Positions 10,645 to 22,282 of a stretch of 48,384 nt of DNA are shown here, piece after piece. How positions within the stretch are numbered: the first letter of the stretch is position 1; every line of letters starts with the position of its first letter. The position numbers and the translations under genes are program-made. The notes below the pieces were generated by a model that did no database searches, was not told the DNA's origin, and saw nothing but the letters and a program-made list of their open reading frames with translations. The stretch comes from Trichomonas gallinae (taxonomy: Eukaryota), in the NCBI GenBank assembly GCA_008369845.1, contig MRSU01001892.1, positions 1 to 48,384 on the forward strand, in the 5' to 3' direction.

Positions 10645-10855
10645 ACTTGATATTTTGCTTGGTTTCTACGAAACTCAAATTAGAGCTTTTTAACCAAATA
10701 CTCGTGATAAAAAATTACCAATACTAATCAATTTAATTCACAAATATATAGAAAAAAATATTTTATACTGATATCTTCTTTTTTTTCTAAGGATATAGTG
10801 CTGAAAATATCATGGTTGATTCTTCATTTTTGACCGTGATGCTCATTATATATAA

Positions 10856-12295
10856 ATGAGAGCTGTTGAAAAGAAAGATAAACTACAGCTAAGCGAAAGT
10901 TTTGGAGGAAGAACTGCAGTTGCAGGGTTCGATAATTTAGAAGATAGCCATGAAATTACAATAGAAGAAAAGCAGCAAATTGGAATGAGAATTATTAATC
11001 TTGTTGAAATAATTTGTAATACTGATTTCGTTACTGCTCAAAATGCTTTAGATGAACTATATAATCTTATTAAGGAATACAAACCCGATACTCCGCTAGA
11101 ATTAATTATCAAAATTTTATTAGTCGCATTAAATCATTCATTACCTATAGAAATACGTAACAAATCGTTTTTTAATGTTGGATACATGATGTATATGAAC
11201 CCTCCTGCTGTTATTCATTTTCCACCAGAAATTGTTGTTCAATTATTGCATGAAATCGGACCTGGAATGACTAAATCTGCCAAATCTTGCGTGATGGCAT
11301 ATATTAGTTCTTCTCCAAAAATCAATGAAATATTGAATGAAATTAACTTCGTGAATATATGCATTGAGCGCTATTTATCAGGGCTAAATGTATCTTCTAG
11401 GTATATTAAAGAGCTCCATGAATTACTTCAGTTATATATTGCAAATTCGAAAAAAGATGATAATGATCTTGGTATAAACTTCCTTCCATTACTTCAAAAC
11501 CTAGGACAATCAAATGACACTGAAATATTTGGTGAATTTATTGGTCTTTTGAATGAAATTCTCAATCAATGTAGTACTCCACAAGTTTTTGATCTTATAT
11601 TCCAAATGGATGTAGATAATCGGTGCATCGCACTGTTTGATAACCTAAGAAATGCTGCACGTATGGAAGTTGTTGATTTATTTGAAACAATTTCAGAAAG
11701 ATCATTTTATTTGAAACAGCTTTGGGATAGAGGGCTAGTTTTGAAGATTTCGAAATTTATAAGTATGTCTAATGAATATTATGATCAAAAATCATTAATA
11801 ATATGGAGCGAAATAATTTTATTAGGAATTGAATACGTAAAAGCTGCCATTGAAAACCATGTATTTGACAAGTGCCTGGAAATAATAGAATCTGGATCAT
11901 TTGAAATGAAAAAAACTGCATTTACAGTATTTAATCATCTTTGCAAATATATTTCAGATGAATCTGTTCAAACATTCTTAATAACACATCACATAGCGGC
12001 CCAATTTGCGTCATATTTGGACACAGATAAAACTATGTGGTATTCATGCTTAATAGGATTGAGAATCATCACAGAGTTTGTGTTAAGCCATTCTGATACA
12101 GAGTTTATGGAGAATCCACTCTTTGAAGGAATAGATTTCGAATATTTATATGATAATATAACAGAAATACTGAATTCTATTGGTAATCCAAGTACTGATG
12201 ATGAAGAAACAATTTATAAACATGCAAACTACTTTGCATCCATTCTTGAGACTGATTTTGAGCCGAATTTCGAAGAACCAGAAGAAGATGAATAG
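10856..12295 (+). CDS. ARM/HEAT-repeat-like protein
   Basis: 479-aa helical protein; CLEIIESGSFEMKKTAFTVFNHL resembles the last ARM repeats of importin-alpha-like proteins. Confidence 0.55.
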   Translation: MRAVEKKDKLQLSESFGGRTAVAGFDNLEDSHEITIEEKQQIGMRIINLVEIICNTDFVTAQNALDELYNLIKEYKPDTPLELIIKILLVALNHSLPIEIRNKSFFNVGYMMYMNPPAVIHFPPEIVVQLLHEIGPGMTKSAKSCVMAYISSSPKINEILNEINFVNICIERYLSGLNVSSRYIKELHELLQLYIANSKKDDNDLGINFLPLLQNLGQSNDTEIFGEFIGLLNEILNQCSTPQVFDLIFQMDVDNRCIALFDNLRNAARMEVVDLFETISERSFYLKQLWDRGLVLKISKFISMSNEYYDQKSLIIWSEIILLGIEYVKAAIENHVFDKCLEIIESGSFEMKKTAFTVFNHLCKYISDESVQTFLITHHIAAQFASYLDTDKTMWYSCLIGLRIITEFVLSHSDTEFMENPLFEGIDFEYLYDNITEILNSIGNPSTDDEETIYKHANYFASILETDFEPNFEEPEEDE

Positions 12296-12413
12296 TAAAC
12301 CTATGATAAGCGTGACAGGATGTGTTAATGTTTAGTAAACTTAAAATATTGTATTTTAAAGATTTAAATATTTATTATTACAAGAACAAATGCTAAATTT
12401 TTTGAAAATCAAC

Positions 12414-13223
12414 TTAATCATCTGCTGCTGACTGTTGCATATGAGATGCCAGTTCTTCGAGTGCATCGTAACGCTTATTAATTGTTGCGATAACGTTTTC
12501 TGTATATTTCTCGATTGCAGCGCGAGCGTCTTCGAGGCAGATTCCTGCTGTTGGGATGATAGGTGGCTTGAATATCATTGATTCATCGATAGCTGGAAGT
12601 ATTTCTTCGCATTCGCTCAATGGAACAGGTTGTATTGGAGTAAATACGCGCCTTTGCTCTAAAATAGGATTTGGTAGCCTCTTATGGCAGAACTGGAACA
12701 TAATCAGTCTGATTGGGCTTAAGAAGACATCACTTAAGAATTCAAGAACAGTTTTTGTTTCTTCGAGGCTGAAAAGATACTGTTCGTCATGCTGTTGGTG
12801 AGCTTCGAAGAAAGCTGCCTTGAATTCGTTAAATAGCTCGTTTCGAATTTCATCAATGTCTGTAACTGGTTTATTGCTTTCTGGATCAAGCTTTGCTGTA
12901 TATAATTCAATTCCATGGTGCAAAAGTTTGTCCATTGTCCTGCAAATGAATTGTGTCTGTGTTAAATCGTAATTTCGATCTTGGCAAAACAAAGCGTTAG
13001 ATAAATGAAAATCGATCAGCGCGGCTGATTTTGCGTCATATTTATACTGCTCATCAGTAATTGTAAACATTGCGTAAAGTTGCTGAAATCTTTCCTCATC
13101 AGTTTGGCACTCTAAGAATTTTTGGGTAGCGGCAGATGTCCAGCCGGCTCCAGCGACTGCACGCTCGAGTTCATCGGCCTTCTTACCTTTGCCAGCTTGC
13201 TGCTTTCCGGTTTTCTTCTTCAA
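12414..13223 (-). CDS. CFAP119/C1a-32 (CLAMP)-like flagellar protein; start codon uncertain
   Basis: IDFHLSNALFCQDRNYDLTQT...FKAAFF...LFSLEETKTVLEFLSDVFLSPIRLIMFQF fits the CLAMP pattern. The ORF opens at TTG; the first ATG is about codon 53. Confidence 0.65.
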   Translation of the reverse strand: MKKKTGKQQAGKGKKADELERAVAGAGWTSAATQKFLECQTDEERFQQLYAMFTITDEQYKYDAKSAALIDFHLSNALFCQDRNYDLTQTQFICRTMDKLLHHGIELYTAKLDPESNKPVTDIDEIRNELFNEFKAAFFEAHQQHDEQYLFSLEETKTVLEFLSDVFLSPIRLIMFQFCHKRLPNPILEQRRVFTPIQPVPLSECEEILPAIDESMIFKPPIIPTAGICLEDARAAIEKYTENVIATINKRYDALEELASHMQQSAADD

Positions 13224-13468
13224 AACTTTTTTTTCCTTCGATAAAAAACGTTTTTTTTTTTGTAAAAAGTGACAAATCTATTTGGAAAAAAGGGGAAGAT
13301 ATTCAATATCAGGGGATTCTAAAAAAATAAATAGAAAATAACTTATATAAGCCGCATTGCTCCACGAAAGGTTTATATTGCATTAAAATAAATGGGAGAA
13401 TAGGGAAGAATAAGGAAAATCCTAGCGCCAAACGAGATCCTTAGTCAAACAAATAATTTGTATCTTAA

Positions 13469-13725
13469 GGGTCCACTACGCGACCAAATAGCAGTCTCAA
13501 TTTTTCAATGAGGTATTGAAAATTATTGTTTTGCCCAGAAAAATAAACTCACTTTTTGAAGAGATCTATAGCGCTAACAATATGCACCACTTTGTAGGTG
13601 ATGCTAGTATCATCTAAAAAATAATTCTCTCGCTTAATTGTTTTTAATTAATCGGCCCTAATATTCACATTTAGAGAGGTCATCCAAAAATAGACGATAG
13701 ACTGCTATTTGGCCGGAGCGGACCC
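13469..13725. mobile_element. Non-autonomous DNA transposon (MITE), 257 bp, TTAA target duplication, Kolobok-like termini
   Basis: TTAA|GGGTCCACTACGCGACCAAATAGCAGTCT ... AGACTGCTATTTGGCCGGAGCGGACCC|TTAA: imperfect 27-29 bp terminal inverted repeats with TTAA on both sides. Confidence 0.85.
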
Positions 13726-13758
13726 TTAAGAAATGTCAGAAACAAATTATTTTTTCAA

Positions 13759-14860
13759 ATGTCGATTAACTTAAAGGAACTCAAAATTACAAGCATTAAT
13801 GATGTGCTTATACCAGAAGAGTTGAAGTTATATAACGAAGAAGAAAAAAAACATGAACTTCAGAGAATCAAAGAATTGTTAGAATGTGACAAAACTCGTG
13901 AAAATGATGATCTTCATTCAATTGATTTGGATATCCTTAGATTGATGGATTCGAATATTTACAAAAATTAATTGAAAAAGAAGATGATATTGAAAATCAT
14001 ATTGACCATTACCTCAAGTAGGCTTGCGAATATGATGCTGAAAAATGCTTTGCCTACATGAAATAATAATTTGGCATCAACGACATATTGGGAAGAAGTA
14101 GATACTGATGTTTATTCTGATTTTAAACCAGATTACAGTCCTCAAAAATCATTCAGTCCTCTAGGTGGAACAGTCGCCGCTTTGTATCTTATTGAAAAAG
14201 GCTGTTATATCAACGTCAAAATTTTCTCATATGATATGAATGATTATTTCAATATGGGCATAGGTTTTAGAGATTGGAGCTATGAAGAGTATTCCAAATT
14301 ATCAGTTCATGCTTATGCAATTTATTTTGGTAGATTTGAATTTGCCAAATTCCTTATCAGTCGTGGAGTGCCAGTCAGTTCAATCGAGTTTAAAGTTCGT
14401 GAACTAACAATCGATGGAGAAAAAAAGTACAAAATCCATCACAAAGACAACTCCTTTAGAGATAGTATACAACAAACTCAAATTTTATGATAACGAATTC
14501 AAGCAGTCCATAGATAAAAGAAATAAAGAAGATGATAAGCACTTCCTACATTCCATAAAGCAATGCAATGAAATCATAAATGCACTTCGAAATGCAGGAG
14601 CAGATATGTTTCCGAAACACAACAAAAAATTATTTTTACCTGATGGCACTCTTTGCCGCAATGAAACAACTGATATTAAACTTGATCAAAAAAAATAATT
14701 TTCTTGACATTCCCCAACAAGAAGATTTCATATTAAATCTAGGCGACTCTACCTTTGTTGAGCTACTATTTAGTCGATGACAATAATATTCTGGAGTACT
14801 TAGGAACTCGACAAGACTCATGTTGAGCTTGCTTATTGTCATTTTCTTAGAGAAATGATG
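13759..14860 (+). pseudogene. Disrupted gene, possibly divergent ankyrin-like
   Basis: Consecutive ORF fragments (13759, 14071, 14414, 14580) are joined by frameshifts and stops (YLK*ACEYDAEKCFAYMK**). LYLIEKGCYIN, AIYFGRFEFAKFLISRG and ALRNAGAD look ankyrin-like. Confidence 0.7.
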
Positions 14861-15197
14861 AATTCTTCACTATAATATGCTGAATCTCATATCAAAACAT
14901 CCATTTAGTGAAGGTCATTGAATAAACATTCATGTTTGTTTAACACAATGCATTTTCCATATTTTTTAACTCATATTTATTTAATTAATCATTCACAATT
15001 GTTTATCATTTATTAATTTTATTTTTCAATCCTCAATTTAGCAATGCGCACTTTATTTGCCGAAATAATTCAGTACAACCAACCAAAAAGAAATTGATAG
15101 TCCCGTAAATTGAATATTCAAATATTTATAGAATGTGTAGTAACATTAAATATAAACAATTTGTAAATATAAAGAATAAGTGAAGGTCAGTTCTTAT

Positions 15198-15272
15198 TCT
15201 CAATGAGTTCAATGAATCAGCGAGGTTCTTGCACTCATTGAGACTTTGAAGTGCTAATATTCGATGCACTCC
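15198..15272. other. Double hairpin just downstream of the BspA stop
   Basis: Perfect 11-bp arms TCTCAATGAGT (15198-15208) and ACTCATTGAGA (15233-15243) with further inner pairing, then a second stem AGTGC/GCACT. Confidence 0.5.
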
Positions 15273-15317
15273 CTTAATAATTTTTTGATATTGATAAAAA
15301 TAACAGTCAAAGGACTA

Positions 15318-16652
15318 TTAAACATTGCCCAGCAAAATAGTTTCAGCGATTGAATCAAATCGTCTCTTGCGCTTTTGATGTAGCTTGATTGCGATTATAG
15401 TAACAACTATCGACAGAACTACAGCAGTCAGAACGGCTCCGACAATAATCCAGTTTCTCTGTGATACAGTTAATCCTCCGTCCTTTCCCGGATCGAATTG
15501 TGCAGGGCACGTACCTGACCTATCGACAATGACTTTGACACCAAAGAAAGTGTCTTTGTCGTACGAATACTGCACATAGACGGTGACATTTGACTCAAAC
15601 AAAGTCATGTTATCGTCGTAAACAGTGTCTGCGCAGAAATAGAAATTTTTAAGATTCGTGCAGTCTTTGAATGCCGTTGAATTTATTCGAGAAACGCTGC
15701 CAATTATAAAGAACTCCTCTAGGCTTAGGCATCCACTGAATGCGCAAGCTTCTATTTCATCCATCTCAGTGTAAATTACAAATTTTTTGAGACTCAAACA
15801 ATTTTCGAATGTTCCTTGGTAAATATGTGTTATTTTCTCTGGCAATTTGAATGTAGTAATAGCTGTGCCCTTGAATGCATATTGTCCGATAATGCGAATT
15901 GATTGTGGCAGCTCGACAGAAATTAATTTCGAGCAACCTTCAAATGAACCAGTATTTATTAGAGAAACACCATCTGGGACCGTAAATGATTCTAACATTG
16001 TATAAGCAAATGAATATGATGGAATGGATTCAATATTTGTGGAAAGCTGAACATTTTTGAAATTAGAACATCCGTAGAAGCACTGTATTCCGATTCTTTT
16101 GGCGTTTCTCAAATCTAATGATTCTAATGATGTGCAATTCTTGAATGCGTCCGCATAAATATAACGAACTGAAGGAAATTCAACGATTTTTAGATTATAG
16201 CAATTTTCAAACGCGTTGTGATATATTGTTGAAATACTATTGAGTCTTACTTCTTCTAAGGCTGAATTAGCAAAGCAATATTGATGTATTTCTTGAACAT
16301 TTGAATTTAATATTTTTATTGCTGAACTGTAAAAAGCGTATTCTCGAATTATATTTAGTGTTGAAGGAAGATCAATTGTAACGAGTGATGAGCATTCGCT
16401 AAATGCATAAGAATTGATTGTAATAATTGGAGCTCTTATTTGGACTGTGTGTATATGTGTATAGTTTTTAAATGCACTATCTGGTATTTCAGTATATTTC
16501 CCTTGAATTGAAACTGTTTCTGTTACCTTATCAGGATCTGCATCAACGATTTCTTGACGAGAAAACGTCTCTTCCTCGCCACTAATAGTTAGAGTTGTTC
16601 CATTAAGTACAACTGCACTCAATGAATGAGTTATAAAAATGAAGGAAAGCAT
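15318..16652 (-). CDS. BspA-like leucine-rich repeat (TpLRR) surface protein with C-terminal transmembrane helix
   Basis: Repeats such as INSYAFSECSSLVTIDLPSTL; ATG at 16652 follows TCATT and begins a signal-like segment; TM WIIVGAVLTAVVLSIVVTIIAI is followed by a basic stop-transfer. Confidence 0.92.
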   Translation of the reverse strand: MLSFIFITHSLSAVVLNGTTLTISGEEETFSRQEIVDADPDKVTETVSIQGKYTEIPDSAFKNYTHIHTVQIRAPIITINSYAFSECSSLVTIDLPSTLNIIREYAFYSSAIKILNSNVQEIHQYCFANSALEEVRLNSISTIYHNAFENCYNLKIVEFPSVRYIYADAFKNCTSLESLDLRNAKRIGIQCFYGCSNFKNVQLSTNIESIPSYSFAYTMLESFTVPDGVSLINTGSFEGCSKLISVELPQSIRIIGQYAFKGTAITTFKLPEKITHIYQGTFENCLSLKKFVIYTEMDEIEACAFSGCLSLEEFFIIGSVSRINSTAFKDCTNLKNFYFCADTVYDDNMTLFESNVTVYVQYSYDKDTFFGVKVIVDRSGTCPAQFDPGKDGGLTVSQRNWIIVGAVLTAVVLSIVVTIIAIKLHQKRKRRFDSIAETILLGNV

Positions 16653-17141
16653 AAAAATGAAACAATAAAAATCTTGTACCGGAAAAATAAAAAAGCAAAA
16701 GGAGTAGCTAGAATAAATATATATGGTCCATACTTTCAAAATATTATGCAAAAATTCATCTATCATGAAAATAAATTATTGCTAAAAATAAATTAGAGCA
16801 AAATTTTATTTTTTGCTGCATAATTATATGAGTTTTTACATATATGTTTCATATTTATCGTTAAAATATGGATTAAGAAAAAGAAATTTCTCTAAAATCA
16901 AATATATTTTTCAAAAAATAAATTTATTTTTGATTCTGAAATGTTTATTAAAAAAGAAAATAATTAAAAATTTATATATTTAAGTCAAATATAATATAGG
17001 CATGTTATTTTTCAATTTAAATGATTTTTGAAAAATGCAAAATTAATTATTAATGAGATTTATATATTTTACAACTTTAAAAAATATTACAATGCTGTAT
17101 CTGATGCGAAATTTTCTAAGTTCAAACAATCAATTTCATAA

Positions 17142-18782
17142 ATGTCAATATTAGGATTATTTGCTCCATCAAGAATATTCATGGGGATGTTTGCTCTATG
17201 GATATTTCTGGTATTCATATATCCGACAATAACTTTCGCCATGAGAAACCAAGATTATGATTATTTAAGTATTTTCGATACGAATCAAACTCTAGCATCA
17301 AGATTATACTTTTCTACAACAAAGTCATATACTAAAGGCACAGTAGTTTGGAGTAATAGATCGCTAAATTATCTTCCAGCAAATAATTTGGTTGATTGCA
17401 ATTTTACTTTTTCAATTCCTGAAGAAATCGCAAAAAATCAATCGTCTGGTTTTCTTACATTAGTAATAAATCCTGTTGACAACAATCGCAACATCTTTCT
17501 GAGAGCTCAGACGCAATTAATTAATTGGAAACGTGTTAAGACAAATGCATCACGTATACTTATTGGACCCAAGTCAGACTACCAAAAGCCGACATATGAA
17601 TGGAAGCCAAAAGTTTATAGAAAATATAGATTTACTTTTGTTTACATGGATATCATTAACCAAGAATTAATTATCCCTTATGGCTTCCAGATGTCAAATA
17701 ATCGCATAATACCGCCTTTTGAATGTAATGATTTTTATAATATTCCTTCTGAAGAAAGAATCATCAATATCACACAAGGACACAATGCCACGCTTGGACT
17801 AGAGCTCAGTTTTATTAAATATTCTAAGTGGCAGCTCTATTTTACTTTTGATCAAAGTTTCAAATTTATTAAAGCGATCAGCGAAGAGTTGAGCAATATG
17901 ATGATGCATGAGGTTAACCTGATTAAGAAGATTGTACTTGAAACTAAGCCTTTATTACTATGGATTACTGGAATTTGCTCTGTATTGCATTATATCTTTC
18001 ATATTTTGGCGTTTGAATATGATATCAAGTTCTGGATCAAGAGGAAGAATTTCCGCGGTATATCAATGAGCACAATTGTTAATTCATTTTTATCAGATAT
18101 AATTATTTTGTTATATACACTTGATTCAGATACCCCTGCCCTCCTTAGACTAATGAACTTCGTTAGTTGTGTCTTAAATCTGTGGAAACTTGGAAAATTT
18201 ATTGAAATTAAGTTCAAGTGGCCGATATTGTGTATTAGGGAAGATTACAAGAGTGAAGAGATAGAAGCTGATAAGACTGGACTTAAGTACTGTTATATCA
18301 TCGTTACACCAATAATTTTCGGAATTTGTATTTATCAGGCTTTCACACAAGAGTTTAAAGGTGTTAGGAGTTTTATTATTCATTCTCTGGCTGCTTTGAT
18401 CTATTCGTATGGCTTCCTTGGAATGATTCCGCAGCTTTACGTCAATTATAAATTAAAGACTGTCGCAGGAATGAGTAAAACAGCCTTTGCATACAAATTC
18501 TTGAACACATTTATTGATGATTTGCATACATTTGTAGCTAATATGCCATTGATGATGAAAATTGCTTGTTTCAGAGATGATATTATCTTTTTCATTTGGC
18601 TTTACCAATGCATGATATATAAAACAGATTCTACTCGTGTTAATGAGTTCAATATGCAAGAAAAACCGGAAGAAGAAGAAGCAAATGAAAAACCAACAGA
18701 AAATAAGAAAGATACTGATAACGATGAAAAAACTAATATAGAAGATACTACAGATACTAACAATGAAGGTAAGATAGAATAA
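17142..18782 (+). CDS. CLPTM1-family membrane protein
   Basis: GFLGMIPQLYVNYKLKTVA, YKFLNTFIDDL, ACFRDDIIFFIWLYQ, RVNEF. Confidence 0.92.
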   Translation: MSILGLFAPSRIFMGMFALWIFLVFIYPTITFAMRNQDYDYLSIFDTNQTLASRLYFSTTKSYTKGTVVWSNRSLNYLPANNLVDCNFTFSIPEEIAKNQSSGFLTLVINPVDNNRNIFLRAQTQLINWKRVKTNASRILIGPKSDYQKPTYEWKPKVYRKYRFTFVYMDIINQELIIPYGFQMSNNRIIPPFECNDFYNIPSEERIINITQGHNATLGLELSFIKYSKWQLYFTFDQSFKFIKAISEELSNMMMHEVNLIKKIVLETKPLLLWITGICSVLHYIFHILAFEYDIKFWIKRKNFRGISMSTIVNSFLSDIIILLYTLDSDTPALLRLMNFVSCVLNLWKLGKFIEIKFKWPILCIREDYKSEEIEADKTGLKYCYIIVTPIIFGICIYQAFTQEFKGVRSFIIHSLAALIYSYGFLGMIPQLYVNYKLKTVAGMSKTAFAYKFLNTFIDDLHTFVANMPLMMKIACFRDDIIFFIWLYQCMIYKTDSTRVNEFNMQEKPEEEEANEKPTENKKDTDNDEKTNIEDTTDTNNEGKIE

Positions 18783-19227
18783 TCAACTTGGATTTAAATT
18801 TGTTTTTCTATAACCAATTTCATTTCTATCTATTTAGGCAATTGCTTCAATCAACTATTATCTAAAACTTTATGAAATTTGTTTATTTGAATAAAACAAC
18901 AACTATTCGAGAATATTTACAATTTATAAAATGAATTTCATGATTTATATGTAAGATTTAAAATAAATTGATCAAAGCAAAGATGTTATTGTGTACTTAA
19001 AGAATATATATACTAAGTGTTCACAACAATTTTGGTTCTATGTAAATCAATATAAAAAATTATAGGATGAAAAATAAGATAATATCTATTTATCCTTTGG
19101 ATTTCCAGCTATTTAACACAGATGATTTTCATTTGCATGGCCTCTGTATTAGAATCATATAGCTAAGAATTCTTCATATGCTTCAAGTAAATGAAATAAC
19201 CAACTTTTTTTCAATCAAGAAAATATG

Positions 19228-19585
19228 TCAAAAAATGATTATATTGTTCTCGAGCATAAAAAGTGATTTATTCATGCTCAATATATAGGTATTTATCTTT
19301 GATTACTTATTAAATATGTAGATAGGCTTGTAATCTATAAATATATCTATGGTTGCAATATTATATTCCATCAAAATGATGAGAAAAATGAAGATAAAGA
19401 GGAAAAAAATCTATATCAAAAATGATAATATTTACTCGATCATAAACAGTGAATTATTGAAGCTCAAAGAGTAGGTATTTATATGTGAATACTGATTTAT
19501 TGTGTATATTAGCTTGTCATCTATATATGTATATATGGTTGTAATATCATATATCATCAAAATGACGAAAAAAATGAAAATAAAC
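19228..19585. repeat. Diverged direct tandem duplication, unit about 188 bp
   Basis: Copies starting near 19228 and 19416 share gctcaa..taggtatttat, gcttgt.atctata, tatggttg.aatat and catcaaaatga..aaaaatgaa.ataaa. Confidence 0.8.
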
Positions 19586-19714
19586 AAAATATAATTATTT
19601 TTGTTGTTTATTTATGTTAAAATGGTTAATGATGTTATATTTGTAGAAAAATAAAATATTTATTATGAACAAAAAGTGAAAATATAGAAAAACCGAAATT
19701 TGACGCATATAAAT

Positions 19715-20509
19715 ATGATTCCACTTTTCCTTATATCGGAAACTATTACTCAAGCTGGTTACTATGAATACAAGATCAACAAAGACAGCAATTTAGTATT
19801 TAACGCGTCAGAGACTGTCGCTTACGTTATTTCCCAAAATTCATTTTACAACTCACTTTCCTTCACATATGAAACAGGATCTTCGCAGAAAATCGTGTAC
19901 GCTAAGGATGCCTCACTTTCTAATTTCGTCAAAATCGAAAATCCATTTAACCTCACGATTAAATCAAATGAAGAATTGATGCTTTATATTTATGTTTTAG
20001 ATTCTTCGACGTGTTCTCGTGTTTCCTTGGTTGCTCAGGCCAATTCTAATTTCGGTTTCACAGTTGATGCACCAGGAAATTCCAAACTTTGCATTTTCCC
20101 GTTCGATTTTAATGATGATATGAATATTACAATCAATGGAACTTTCGATTTGATGAAAGGCAACCCAACATCTAAGACTTTTGAGCAAGTAACAGCAACT
20201 GATGGTATGAAACTCAGCGGATTCTATTATATTGTTAACAAGGCTTCATCTTTCTCCATGAGTGGTATAGTTCCAAAGAAGGAAGACACTGACTGCCTTG
20301 CCGTTCCAATTAAAATCCTCAAAGACGGAGTTTTCACCAATGGAAACTTTGATGCGTCATACACAATGAACTGCAGCCACAGTATCTTCGAGATCAAGAA
20401 TCAAGCAGAGGAAAAGCTTCCTTGGGCAGTTATTATCGGAATGATGATCCTAGTCATCTTCTGCATCGCTTCTGGCATCTATGCCTTAGTTAATAGGAAC
20501 AAAGGATAA
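19715..20509 (+). CDS. Hypothetical type I membrane/surface protein
   Basis: Short hydrophobic N-terminus (MIPLFLIS), beta-rich ectodomain with several Cys, C-terminal TM WAVIIGMMILVIFCIASGIYALV. Confidence 0.75.
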   Translation: MIPLFLISETITQAGYYEYKINKDSNLVFNASETVAYVISQNSFYNSLSFTYETGSSQKIVYAKDASLSNFVKIENPFNLTIKSNEELMLYIYVLDSSTCSRVSLVAQANSNFGFTVDAPGNSKLCIFPFDFNDDMNITINGTFDLMKGNPTSKTFEQVTATDGMKLSGFYYIVNKASSFSMSGIVPKKEDTDCLAVPIKILKDGVFTNGNFDASYTMNCSHSIFEIKNQAEEKLPWAVIIGMMILVIFCIASGIYALVNRNKG

Positions 20510-20704
20510 CTTTGCGTGATATTTTTTATTATTTTTTTATTGTTGACTATTTTTATATTTTATAAGTCATTGTAAAATTATTTTAATGCTTACGTTCAAT
20601 TCCATGTTTCGCTAAATTCTTGTCTTCAGCAAAACTCAAAAATAAAATTTACAACGATAGATATAGGAAAAAAAGAACTAAAATCAAAACCCATATAAAT
20701 ATTT

Positions 20705-21136
20705 TTAAAACTCGCAGTCTTGGAAGATGTAGTATAATTCCTTGAAATTGACTTTTCCATCCTTATCTTCATCGATGGCCTTAAGCTGAGCAGCAGCTTC
20801 CTCTTCGGTGATTGGCTCGCCAACGAGGGAGGAGAAGTAAATCATCTCCTTGACGTCAATGACGCCGTTCCTATCTTTGTCGATTTTGTTGAAAAGTTTC
20901 CTGAACATTTCCTCTTTGTTGTTCATGAGCTTGAACTTGTAGTACTCGATGAATTCATCAAGTGTGATCCTTCCATCTCCATTGAAGTCGAAAGCAACGA
21001 TAGCAGCTGGGCATGTTGTTGAATCCCAGTCGAGCTCCTTGCAAAGGTTCTTAATTTCGGCAGCATTGAGAGCTCCATTCTTATCCTTGTCCATACTTGT
21101 GAAGATCTCTGTTGCTTTCTTGATGTGGGCTTCCAT
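20705..21136 (-). CDS. Calmodulin-like four EF-hand protein
   Basis: Loops DKDKNGALNAAE, DFNGDGRITLDE, DKDRNGVIDVKE, DEDKDGKVNFKE. Confidence 0.93.
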   Translation of the reverse strand: MEAHIKKATEIFTSMDKDKNGALNAAEIKNLCKELDWDSTTCPAAIVAFDFNGDGRITLDEFIEYYKFKLMNNKEEMFRKLFNKIDKDRNGVIDVKEMIYFSSLVGEPITEEEAAAQLKAIDEDKDGKVNFKELYYIFQDCEF

Positions 21137-22282
21137 TCTACTAAAGTGAGGTCAAAGTTTACAACTATTGAAAACTTCATTTTATTTTTTTTATTTTATA
21201 GCTAATTTATTGATTTTATTGCATATTTAGGCTCCTTAATTTTCACTGACACATATATCTTTATTATAGCACGATTTGACAACTTTTAAGATTTCCTCAA
21301 AATAAGCAATAGATAATCATATCATTTCTTTAATTATTTACATTTATCTACTTCTAGTAAACTATAATTTCATATTTAGAGTAAAAAATAATAATGTTGT
21401 TTTTCGAAAATTGGACTTCTGAAAGATATAGGCTGATATCCATTCGAATATTGTAGATCGGCTCACACTTGTTTGTTATGAAAATTCGAATCGATGAAAT
21501 AAACACAATTGAAATGAACTGAAACAATAGCAATGTTTTGATGATTTAATGCATTGGATGCAGTTACCATAGGCTTGTAGTGGCATTTCCGATGTTTAAA
21601 CTGTATTTATTTGATTATTTGCAATCCATTTTAATTTACGGAAGTCAAAAATACAATTTTGGCTTTTGGTAATGATTAAAAATAACTGAACTCACTGCTA
21701 TAAATCTAAAATTGAAACATGGATAAATGAATCACATCAGGTATTGAAATATAATATTGATTATGAAAATAAGACAAATATTGCATTACGTATGATGTAA
21801 CAATCTTACAATAAGCTATAGTTATATTTCATCATATCCATAATGTTCAATTGGCTATTAATAACAATGAAATACAAAAATGTAAGAAAATTACATGAAT
21901 AGATGTTCTATATCTCCATTATGATATAAATGCATTTTTGAATTGATATGATCTTATACTACCACTATTTTCTGATTAGTTGAATATTGAAAGGTATGGA
22001 AACTAATAACCTTATTTTAACGGACGAATGCTGATGGTGCAAAAGTCTTGCACAGCACAGATAGTTGGCGACTAACAGTACACCGGTGAGATGTTCATTA
22101 AAATAAATCAACAATAATCAAAAAAACACGATCAAAATTCAGTTTCTAATAAAATCTGTGAAAACAAGAGATAACTTGTGGATAAATAAGACACACGGGG
22201 AAATAAACTGTTCTATTATAATAAACACATGATTAATTTTAGATAAAAACAAAAATAAAACAATTTAAACAAGCTCACGCGA

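Noticed and set aside
15134..15145. U2 snRNA branch-pairing word GTGTAGTA
   Set aside because: Flanks lack the conserved U2 5' stem and downstream sequence.
16653..16766. N-terminal extension of the BspA ORF
   Set aside because: AT-rich promoter-like sequence; the ATG at 16652 follows an initiator and begins a signal-like peptide. Starts were trimmed similarly at 2379, 10420, 19715 and 38924.
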